Positions 30,305 through 38,469 of a stretch of DNA of 64,000 nucleotides are shown in pieces; position 1 is the first letter of the stretch, and each line of letters begins with the position of its first letter. The position numbers and the translations under genes are program-made. The DNA is from a virus. The notes beneath the pieces were generated by a model. The model did no database searches. It saw only the letters and a program-made list of their open reading frames with translations, and had not been told where the DNA came from. Where the stretch lies: IMG/VR virus record IMGVR_UViG_3300023174_000112, positions 26,133 to 90,132 of that record; one strand, given 5' to 3'.

Positions 30305-32809
30305 ATGACATTTTTTTATGATTTAAACAAAAAGCTAGACAGCATTCGCGAAAAGCCTGAAGTCACACACAAACAATTGAATGAACGTGACGAAGGCAAG
30401 CCAGGCAAAAACTTTGCCAAAATTGCCAAGGATGCTGGTGACCGTTATGGCAGCAAGGCTGCTGGTGAACGTGTGGCTGGTGCTGTGCGCAACAAACTCC
30501 GAGATCAAGGCAAGTTGGAAGAAGAAGGCATGAGCCGTGCTGCCAAAGGCTATGAAAAGTACGGCCGAGAAGGCATGGAAGCCTTGGCCAAAGCCGGACG
30601 CGAAGGCAAATCTCTTGACCCTGTTAGAAAAAAATACGACAAGTATGACGAAAGCCAACAAGTTGATGAGATCAGTGATGAACTAGCAAACAGAGCCGCT
30701 CAAGGTAGACGAGACCAATTTGATGCTGCCAAAAAGAAAAGTCAGGCTGCAATCAATGCTGAACGAAACACTGTTGGCGGTTCTGAGGATGAAAAATGGG
30801 CCAGATGGGATAATTCTTTAGCTCTAAACAATGCTACAAATCAAGCAGGTGTAAAGATGGGTCAAAATATGCAGTTGCAAAAGTCCAGACTGGCACGTCA
30901 AGCTAATGCTGCTGTGGCTGAAGGTGGATCCTACTTGAACTATGCAGATTCCCATGATGAAAATGTTCGTGCTGGAAAAAAACCAGCTGCACCCACAGCA
31001 CCAAAGCCACAAGGCGTAATGGACAAAATGAAAAGTGTTGGCAAGAAAGTTGCTGGCGGTATCAACAAACTAGTTGGCCATGGTTCAGATGAAGAGATGC
31101 GTAAAGACGTGCAACGCAAAGCAGGTGCCGCTGTCACAGGCAAAATGCCACAACAAGTCAAAGAAAAAATGTCACCAGCAAAACAAAAAAGTTTTGCAGC
31201 ATTAGCACCTCCCACAGACAAAATTACTTTTGCTGACAAAATTGCCGGTGCCAAAAAAGAAGTTGACGAAATGCTGGGCCAAGTGGCTGCCGAAGCCATG
31301 CGCAATGCAGTCGGCGGCGGTCAAGGTCGTAATGCTGCCATGGACGAAGAACGTTCCAAAGGCACCGCGTTTGACATGAGCACACCAAGAGCTACCAAGC
31401 CCAAAGTTGGCAGCATTGAACGTGGTCACAAACACGACATCAAACACACAGCTACAGGCCGTATGGTCACACGTCGTGTAGACGACCAAGGCAACAGTGT
31501 AGGCGCTGATGATGATTCAGATACACAAGCAGGGCCACGTGGACGTGGCAGACCAAAAGGCACTAAGGGTGCTATTGGCGCCAAAGGACCCAGCGGCCGG
31601 TCAAAGTTAATGACCAAAGAAGGTGCAAATCAAGGCCAAGCACAACAAATTGTTGATGATCTTGCTGAACTCCGAGCAATGGCAAAGCAAGCACAACGTG
31701 GCGGCGAATTTCCACAAGGATTTGCCAGTCAGTTGGAGGTTGCACTGTATGCGGCAATGACATTGATCAAGAATCAACAGTCAGGCGATGCACAAGTTCG
31801 CGAAGAGTCTACAACCAAAAAAGACGACCGTGCTGAAAAGGCTGGTAAAAAGGTCACTAAAGACATCGAGTACGATGAAGGTCACAAAGGTAAAGATGAC
31901 AACAAAGCTGAAAAGGCTGGCAAAAAGGTCACCAAAGACATTGAGTACGATGAAAAGAAAAAAGACAAAGAAGAAGAAGAAGTTGATGAGTCAACTACCA
32001 GTGGTTCGATTGCTACCAGCACTACCACCAAAGGCAGCAAAGGCGGTGTGTACGGCAAAGGCATTTATGACTCAATGAACTTTGAGTTGGAACAAATGAT
32101 TGCTGAATCAATGAGCATTAACATGAGTGATTCAACTGAAGGCAACAAAAGCCTTACAGTAACAGCCACTGATGATGACGCACTGAAACTGGGCATGATG
32201 TTGAAAAATTCCGGACTGGGTGGCGGAGATTCACACAGTGGTGACATGCACTCACATGAAGAGTCATGCCCCACATGTGGCATGGAAGATTGTGGCTGTG
32301 GCGATGTGCAAGAAGCAGTGGACGAAAATGCACCTGACTGGCCCACAAACACAGAAACTTCAGACAATGCGATGCAATACTCGGGTGGCTTGAACAAGCC
32401 CAAAGCAAGTGGCATGGCTACTGTTCCTGTCACAGACGTTAGTGTAGATGGAGAAGATATGTTTGGAAAACAAGCCAATGAAGATGCACTACGTAGAATG
32501 ATGGAAATGGCTGGTATCAAACAAGCTGAACTTGAGCCATGGAAAGAGACCATGAAGGAAACAGCCGACGACGTCTGCAATGATTGCCACAAAGATCCTT
32601 GCGAGTGCGATGAGAGTGTGGAAGAAAGCATTCAACGCATGCGAGAAATTGCCGGAATCAAGGAAGCCAAAAAGCCAGACTTTTTGGACATGGACAAAGA
32701 TGGCGACAAAAAAGAGCCCATGACCAAGGCCATCAAGGACAAAGAAGAAAAGAAAGTTGATGAAAGCATTTTTGCTTTGACCAACCAATGGAAAGCATAC
32801 CGGGGGTAA
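30305..32809 (+). CDS. Large charged low-complexity protein, putative prohead core/internal polyprotein
   Basis: Many (L/V/I/M)-x-E sites, a K/D/E-rich tandem repeat, an RGRGRP motif and a DxDxDG motif. Confidence 0.65.
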   Translation: MTFFYDLNKKLDSIREKPEVTHKQLNERDEGKPGKNFAKIAKDAGDRYGSKAAGERVAGAVRNKLRDQGKLEEEGMSRAAKGYEKYGREGMEALAKAGREGKSLDPVRKKYDKYDESQQVDEISDELANRAAQGRRDQFDAAKKKSQAAINAERNTVGGSEDEKWARWDNSLALNNATNQAGVKMGQNMQLQKSRLARQANAAVAEGGSYLNYADSHDENVRAGKKPAAPTAPKPQGVMDKMKSVGKKVAGGINKLVGHGSDEEMRKDVQRKAGAAVTGKMPQQVKEKMSPAKQKSFAALAPPTDKITFADKIAGAKKEVDEMLGQVAAEAMRNAVGGGQGRNAAMDEERSKGTAFDMSTPRATKPKVGSIERGHKHDIKHTATGRMVTRRVDDQGNSVGADDDSDTQAGPRGRGRPKGTKGAIGAKGPSGRSKLMTKEGANQGQAQQIVDDLAELRAMAKQAQRGGEFPQGFASQLEVALYAAMTLIKNQQSGDAQVREESTTKKDDRAEKAGKKVTKDIEYDEGHKGKDDNKAEKAGKKVTKDIEYDEKKKDKEEEEVDESTTSGSIATSTTTKGSKGGVYGKGIYDSMNFELEQMIAESMSINMSDSTEGNKSLTVTATDDDALKLGMMLKNSGLGGGDSHSGDMHSHEESCPTCGMEDCGCGDVQEAVDENAPDWPTNTETSDNAMQYSGGLNKPKASGMATVPVTDVSVDGEDMFGKQANEDALRRMMEMAGIKQAELEPWKETMKETADDVCNDCHKDPCECDESVEESIQRMREIAGIKEAKKPDFLDMDKDGDKKEPMTKAIKDKEEKKVDESIFALTNQWKAYRG
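31832..31954 (+). repeat. 48-bp imperfect direct repeat x2 (AEKAGKKVTKDIEYDE)
   Basis: Copies at 31832-31879 and 31907-31954. Confidence 0.9.
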
Positions 32810-32812
32810 ACT

Positions 32813-33001
32813 ATGAGTTCAAACAACATGATGAGACCTTACAGTGAAGTGGCAGCAGAAATTGCACAGCGCAATGCCAACAACTATGTGCCACCTGCTG
32901 TGCCATCAGTGAAACAAACACCTGTGGAAATTCCAGGTGTTATGTATCAAGCACGAGAACTATTTCAACCCATAGTCTCCAACACTCAAGGTGACAAATA
33001 A
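32813..33001 (+). CDS. Hypothetical protein
   Basis: 62 aa; TAATG coupling to the next gene. Confidence 0.65.
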   Translation: MSSNNMMRPYSEVAAEIAQRNANNYVPPAVPSVKQTPVEIPGVMYQARELFQPIVSNTQGDK

Positions 33002-33327
33002 TGGCTGTTCAAGTAGTTAATTCAGCAAGCAACGTGGCCTGGACCGCAGACAAAGTAGAATTTGCCACCACCGCAGCCAATGTGACTTTTCAAGTTAGTT
33101 TGACTCAAACAACTTATCAACAGTCCAATGGCACACCGGCCAACACCAGTATGCCAACTGGCAACTTGTACGCCAATGCCATTGTTGTGCCAGGTAATTC
33201 AGTGCAAACATACTATGTGGGTGCAGGCAACTATCTAAACATTGTGACAGGCACTGGTTTCACTGCCACAGCAATGGGCACCACTACATCAGGAACAAGT
33301 GGCGTATACGGATCAACATCAACTTAA
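33001..33327 (+). CDS. Hypothetical virion protein
   Basis: T/S/G/N-rich, beta-strand-like composition. Confidence 0.7.
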   Translation: MAVQVVNSASNVAWTADKVEFATTAANVTFQVSLTQTTYQQSNGTPANTSMPTGNLYANAIVVPGNSVQTYYVGAGNYLNIVTGTGFTATAMGTTTSGTSGVYGSTST

Positions 33328-33329
33328 TC

Positions 33330-33704
33330 ATGAGAGCCACTGAGTTCCTTGTTGAAAAGCAAGAAGGTAAAATCCGACATAGATACCATCAGGCCACTCG
33401 TGGCTTGAACAAATTTCGTGATCCAGGTGGCTATGATCGTACCTATGAACTCAACCGCGTGATGATGGCAGTGGCCTGTGCTGACGGCACAGATGCTCCA
33501 ATAGACATGGACTCAGCCAGTTGGGTGGGCAAATACAACACAGCACATCCCTACACTGACCAAGAAGCCAAGATGATGAAGCAGGCTTTCAAAGCAGTGG
33601 GCAGTGAAACACATGACATGAACCATGGGGACAATCGCAGTCAAGAACCAGATGACACCAACACCACCAGTCTGTTGAAAGCGTTCAAAGGATATCCCCG
33701 ATGA
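33330..33704 (+). CDS. Putative internal head protein (paralogue 1)
   Basis: Begins MRATEFLVE and ends KAFKGYPR. Confidence 0.7.
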   Translation: MRATEFLVEKQEGKIRHRYHQATRGLNKFRDPGGYDRTYELNRVMMAVACADGTDAPIDMDSASWVGKYNTAHPYTDQEAKMMKQAFKAVGSETHDMNHGDNRSQEPDDTNTTSLLKAFKGYPR

Positions 33705-34093
33705 GAGCTCACGAATTTCTTACCGAACAAGCAACGTTGCCTGCTGAACAAGCAGATCCCATGCGTTATACCTATGTAATTCCTGGCCTCAGTGCAGCCG
33801 ATCCTTATCGCAACTATCGATTTGGTGTGGCCATGGCACGAGCAAGAAGTGATGCTGGCGCTGATGATCACTCAATAGATCCTTTTAAACCAGCCTGGAG
33901 TCCAGAAACAGCATTTGGAGAACACGGAGTGGTTGTGGGTATGAATAGCAGTATTGAGCAAGTTATTGATCAAGCATTGACAATGACCAACACTCCCGGC
34001 GGCAAAAAAATAGTAAGCACTCCCACAAGCACAGAACCCAACTTTGTTGATGTACAAAGCCCAGTAAAAGCCTTTGCTGGCTACCCTCGTTAA
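33701..34093 (+). CDS. Putative internal head protein (paralogue 2)
   Basis: Begins MRAHEFLTE and ends KAFAGYPR. Confidence 0.7.
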   Translation: MRAHEFLTEQATLPAEQADPMRYTYVIPGLSAADPYRNYRFGVAMARARSDAGADDHSIDPFKPAWSPETAFGEHGVVVGMNSSIEQVIDQALTMTNTPGGKKIVSTPTSTEPNFVDVQSPVKAFAGYPR

Positions 34094-34157
34094 ACTTCTC
34101 ACCTTTTTATAATAGTCCTTGTTTCGCTAAATAAAGCAACTTAGGAATATTTAGATC

Positions 34158-34763
34158 ATGGCTAATCCGCCTCCACCATATGACAACATCACAGGCATAA
34201 GCCGTGCTGTAATGAAGGACAACGCACAAGAAACTATTGGTGCATACAACGGTGTTGCACGACCCAGCGAACTTGTGGTTGATCAACTCACACAAAACTT
34301 ATATGTGGGCAACACCAACGGCAATCTAAACTTGATAGCATTTGGCTCTGGGGTCTCAACTCCAACAGCATTTGACCCACAATGGACCGACGGCAGCAGC
34401 ACCACTGCTGGTTCAACAGTCACAGCATCATACACATTGATGGGACCGCTGTGTTATTTTCAAATTTATGTAGACTTTGCAACCTGTACCAACTTTGGCA
34501 CATTGGGGTATCAAATCACTTTGCCATTCCCGTCTGCGCAGACCATACGCATGGCCAATGGCACCTTGCATCAAACATCGGGCACAGGCAGTCCAGCAAA
34601 TTTTCACATTGCTGGCATCACCGACATAGACGTCAGTACCACAGTTCACAAACTGTATTATTCAGGCAGCACCACAGACCTAGCCTGGAAATACAACACA
34701 CCAGTCAACGCTACCAACACTGGCAGCCACTTTGACCTCTGTGGCATCTACCAAATAGCATAA
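34158..34763 (+). CDS. Hypothetical virion/decoration protein
   Basis: TAAATA at 34128 plus AGGAA SD; C-terminal beta domain with a YQITLPF motif. Confidence 0.7.
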   Translation: MANPPPPYDNITGISRAVMKDNAQETIGAYNGVARPSELVVDQLTQNLYVGNTNGNLNLIAFGSGVSTPTAFDPQWTDGSSTTAGSTVTASYTLMGPLCYFQIYVDFATCTNFGTLGYQITLPFPSAQTIRMANGTLHQTSGTGSPANFHIAGITDIDVSTTVHKLYYSGSTTDLAWKYNTPVNATNTGSHFDLCGIYQIA

Positions 34764-34776
34764 TATAAATACCCAT

Positions 34777-35583
34777 ATGAAAAAACTACTATTTGTGCTG
34801 TTGCTCACAGCCTTTCAATCAGCACAGGCCTGGGATCAAACTGCCCCTCTAGCAGTGGACCACTGTAAAGCCCACAATCCTTATGGTTGGGCACAGACTA
34901 GCAAACCGGTCACAGCCATTTGTCGTAGAGCATACTTTGTTGCTTATGATGCAGCCGCAAAGATTCCCAACTATGTCACATACACATTGACACCACCCAA
35001 TGCACTAGGCTGCTGGCCAAGAACCAATGCGTTTGTGGCTGATGCTAGTGTAGCCAATGGACCACGTCCAGATGACTATGCTGGCACCGGCTACGACAAA
35101 GGTCATGCTGCACCTGATGGTGACTTATCATGGGACCAACAAGTGGAATACGAAAGTTTCTTAATGACCAACATGTATCCACAACTGGGTGGACTTAATC
35201 GTGGCATTTGGAAACTGCTGGAAACTTCAGTGCGTGGCTGGACTGTGCAACAAAATCAAGCCTACACAATCTATGTGGGTGCAGTATACAACACAGCCAC
35301 TGATAAGAAAATTGGCAATGGTGTTGTTGTGCCACATGGTTTCTACAAGATTGTGATCAACAACCAAACAGGTGCCATGGCTGGTTGGTACTTCCGACAC
35401 GAAGGTGGACAGGGCAATGATTTGACCAAGGCTCGTGCAGCCATATCGGCTATAGAAAACAAAGCCGGAGTGAAGTTTGCTTATCCTGCCAATGCCCGGG
35501 AACTGCCCATTGGCAGCGAATGGCCCGTGGACTTTGGCGCACTCACAACGGCCAAACGTGCCAAATGCAAAAACAGTGACTGA
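34777..35583 (+). CDS. DNA/RNA non-specific endonuclease (NucA/EndoG family) with signal peptide
   Basis: YDKGHAAP, SFLMTNMYPQ, LNRGIWKLLE, VVPHGFYK; N-terminus MKKLLFVLLLTAFQSAQA. Confidence 0.9.
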   Translation: MKKLLFVLLLTAFQSAQAWDQTAPLAVDHCKAHNPYGWAQTSKPVTAICRRAYFVAYDAAAKIPNYVTYTLTPPNALGCWPRTNAFVADASVANGPRPDDYAGTGYDKGHAAPDGDLSWDQQVEYESFLMTNMYPQLGGLNRGIWKLLETSVRGWTVQQNQAYTIYVGAVYNTATDKKIGNGVVVPHGFYKIVINNQTGAMAGWYFRHEGGQGNDLTKARAAISAIENKAGVKFAYPANARELPIGSEWPVDFGALTTAKRAKCKNSD

Positions 35584-35585
35584 GC

Positions 35586-35714
35586 ATGATTCACTATCAC
35601 TTGTATCACGCCGCTTGGACAGCGGCGTTTGCATGGTTGATATGGCAACATGGTTGGATTCCGTTTGTCGTAGCGTATCTGGTCATTGGCACCATTTGTT
35701 TCTGGCGAGCCTGA
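35586..35714 (+). CDS. Small aromatic-rich membrane peptide (42 aa; not in ORF track)
   Basis: MIHYHLYHAAWTAAFAWLIWQHGWIPFVVAYLVIGTICFWRA fills the intergenic gap. Confidence 0.5.
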   Translation: MIHYHLYHAAWTAAFAWLIWQHGWIPFVVAYLVIGTICFWRA

Positions 35715-35731
35715 TTCACCGTAAATAACGC

Positions 35732-36892
35732 ATGTCTAACTTTTATTGTGCCGCGCCCTGGCGGGGACTGCATATCAATCCCCGAGGCGATGTCAAAACC
35801 TGCTGTGCTGGTGACCCCAACATGTTGGGCAACCTCAATGATCATAGCATTGAACAAATACTCAATAGCAATTTAATGACTGAGATACGTGCCAGTCTCT
35901 CACAAGGACAAGCACACGAATACTGTTCAAACTGTGTGCGAGCAGAACGGTTTGGCGCAGACTCAGAACGTGCCTGGCACAACAATGTCAATCCTGACTT
36001 TGATTACAGCACCGCAGGCGATCAATACCATTATCCTGTGATTGTAGACGTGCGTTGGAATACCACATGCAATTTGAGTTGCAACTATTGTGGCGAAGCA
36101 TGCAGTAGTAAATGGGCAGGAATCAAAAACATACCTTTTAAATCTGGTGCTAGGCCCTACTATGAACAAGTGTGTGACTTCATTGAACAACACTATGAAC
36201 ACATACACGAAGTTGCGCTAGTGGGCGGCGAGCCGTTGTTGCTGCCAGAGAACGATCGACTACTGGATGTTATCCCAGACACTGCTATTGTCACACTGAT
36301 CACTAACTTGAATGTGGATTTACAAACAAACAAAATATTCCGTAAATTAGCACAGCGCAAAAGAGTTGGCTGGAGCATGAGCTTTGACAACATAGACCAA
36401 CGTTTTGAATACGTACGACACGGCGGCAACTGGATGGTGTTGCAAGAAAACTTAAAGACCATACAACAGTTAATGAAGTCACAAGGACAGTGGGGCGGTG
36501 TTCATGCAGTGTACAACATGTACAATGCCACACGCATTTGTGAATTCAGACAGTTTGTGCAAGATGCAGGCGCCACTGTATTATGGCAAAACTTGTTTCA
36601 ACCTGAGTACTTGGATCCGTTCCTGCACGGACCTGAGTTAGCTGATTTGGCTGCACAAGAAATTGAAAATTTCTATGCCATGAATATAGCAACACCAGCT
36701 GAACGCCAATTCTTTGATCAGGCATTAAATAATTATCGTGCAATAAAACAAGAACGTCCTGGGATAACACAGCAGTTCCGCCAGCACATACATGACAACG
36801 AATCCAAGTATCATACTGATACTGCTGGTAAGTTCAAACAGTTATGGCCTGAATTAGCAGAAAGAATATTGAATGATATCGCCACCAAATAA
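35732..36892 (+). CDS. Radical SAM protein with N-terminal SPASM/twitch-like domain
   Basis: YCAAPW..GDVKTCC..CSNC; CNLSCNYC; GGEPLL; TAAATA 4 nt upstream. Confidence 0.92.
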   Translation: MSNFYCAAPWRGLHINPRGDVKTCCAGDPNMLGNLNDHSIEQILNSNLMTEIRASLSQGQAHEYCSNCVRAERFGADSERAWHNNVNPDFDYSTAGDQYHYPVIVDVRWNTTCNLSCNYCGEACSSKWAGIKNIPFKSGARPYYEQVCDFIEQHYEHIHEVALVGGEPLLLPENDRLLDVIPDTAIVTLITNLNVDLQTNKIFRKLAQRKRVGWSMSFDNIDQRFEYVRHGGNWMVLQENLKTIQQLMKSQGQWGGVHAVYNMYNATRICEFRQFVQDAGATVLWQNLFQPEYLDPFLHGPELADLAAQEIENFYAMNIATPAERQFFDQALNNYRAIKQERPGITQQFRQHIHDNESKYHTDTAGKFKQLWPELAERILNDIATK

Positions 36893-38459
36893 AAATTTAG
36901 AAACGGTGCTGGTCAAAGCACCACACCGTAAAGAAGTATACACTGAAGATGAACTACTAGAGTTTGCGGCCTGTGCTGACCCTGTCACAGGTCCATTGTA
37001 CTTCATGGATAATTTCTTTTTTATTCAGCATCCCACACGCGGCAAAATGCTGTATCATCCGTTTGAATATCAAACCAGACTGATAGAAACCTATCACAAC
37101 TATAGATATTCAATAAGTCTAATGCCTCGACAAACAGGCAAGTCAACTTCGGCAGCCGGGTACTTGTTGTGGTACGCTATGTTTGTGCCAGACAGCACAA
37201 TTTTAGTGGCTGCACACAAATACACAGGCGCACAGGAGATCATGCAACGCATTAGATACGCATATGAACTGTGTCCCAATCATATTAGGGCCGGTGCCAC
37301 TAGTTACAACAAGAATTCACTAGAGTTTGAAAATGGAAGTCGTATTGTGGCACAGACCACAACTGAAACAACCGGACGGGGTATGAGTATTTCACTCTTG
37401 TACGCTGATGAGTTCGCATTTGTGCGACCCACTATTGCCAGGGAGTTTTGGACTTCTATCTCACCCACACTGGCCACAGGTGGTAAAGCTATTATTACAA
37501 GCACTCCCAACAGTGATGAAGATCAGTTTGCGTACTTGTGGAAAGGTGCCAACAAAACTGAAGATGAACATGGCAACACCACAACACTGGGCATCAATGG
37601 ATTCCGTGCTTTTAGAAGTGACTGGCGTGAACACCCTGACAGAGATGAGCAATGGGGACTGGAGCAACTGGCACAACTAGGCGAAGACCGATTCCGCCGA
37701 GAGATGGAATGTGAATTTGTTATCAATGATGAGACCTTGATTGCTCCTACCAAACTGTTGGATCTAGAAGGGGTAGAACCCAATCGCCGTACTGGGCAAG
37801 TGCGTTGGTATAAAACTCCGGTCAAAGACAAGATATACATTGTGGCCTTGGACCCTAGCTTGGGCACAGGTGGCGACCCCAGTGCTATACAAGTGTTTGA
37901 AGCAGACACAACAGAACAAGTGGCTGAGTGGCGACACAACAAAACAGACATTCCCACACAGGTCAAACTGTTGGCAGACATTGTGAACGAGCTGTACGAA
38001 ATCACCAAGGACGACAAAAAGATTTACTACTCAGTGGAAAACAACACCATTGGTGAAGCCGCGTTAATCTCAATCAACGAGTACGGTGAGGAAAACATAA
38101 AAGGGTATTTTCTATCAGACAATTCAGTCACAGGTACCACAGGGCGCAGATTCCGCAAAGGTTTTAATACCACCAACAAAGCCAAGCTCACGGCCTGTAA
38201 TAAATTCAAAATTCTTGTGGAATCTGGGCGTATGAAACTGTACAGTAGGCCGCTAATCAGTGAGCTCAAAACTTTTGTTGCGTCAGGCGGCAGCTACGCA
38301 GCCAAACCTGGAGAAACAGACGATCTTGTGATGAGTTCACTGTTGGTCACACGCATGTTGATGATGTTGCAGACTTATCACGCAGAATTAGACACACAAA
38401 TGAAAGATCACGGCGATAACATCATTGAACCAATGCCGTTCATATCAATGCTACGCTAA
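36873..38459 (+). CDS. gp17: Terminase large subunit
   Basis: PRQTGKST Walker A, LLYADEFAF Walker B, ITSTPN, ALDP and ETDDLVM nuclease residues. Confidence 0.95.
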   Translation: MISPPNKNLETVLVKAPHRKEVYTEDELLEFAACADPVTGPLYFMDNFFFIQHPTRGKMLYHPFEYQTRLIETYHNYRYSISLMPRQTGKSTSAAGYLLWYAMFVPDSTILVAAHKYTGAQEIMQRIRYAYELCPNHIRAGATSYNKNSLEFENGSRIVAQTTTETTGRGMSISLLYADEFAFVRPTIAREFWTSISPTLATGGKAIITSTPNSDEDQFAYLWKGANKTEDEHGNTTTLGINGFRAFRSDWREHPDRDEQWGLEQLAQLGEDRFRREMECEFVINDETLIAPTKLLDLEGVEPNRRTGQVRWYKTPVKDKIYIVALDPSLGTGGDPSAIQVFEADTTEQVAEWRHNKTDIPTQVKLLADIVNELYEITKDDKKIYYSVENNTIGEAALISINEYGEENIKGYFLSDNSVTGTTGRRFRKGFNTTNKAKLTACNKFKILVESGRMKLYSRPLISELKTFVASGGSYAAKPGETDDLVMSSLLVTRMLMMLQTYHAELDTQMKDHGDNIIEPMPFISMLR

Positions 38460-38469
38460 ATACACCACT

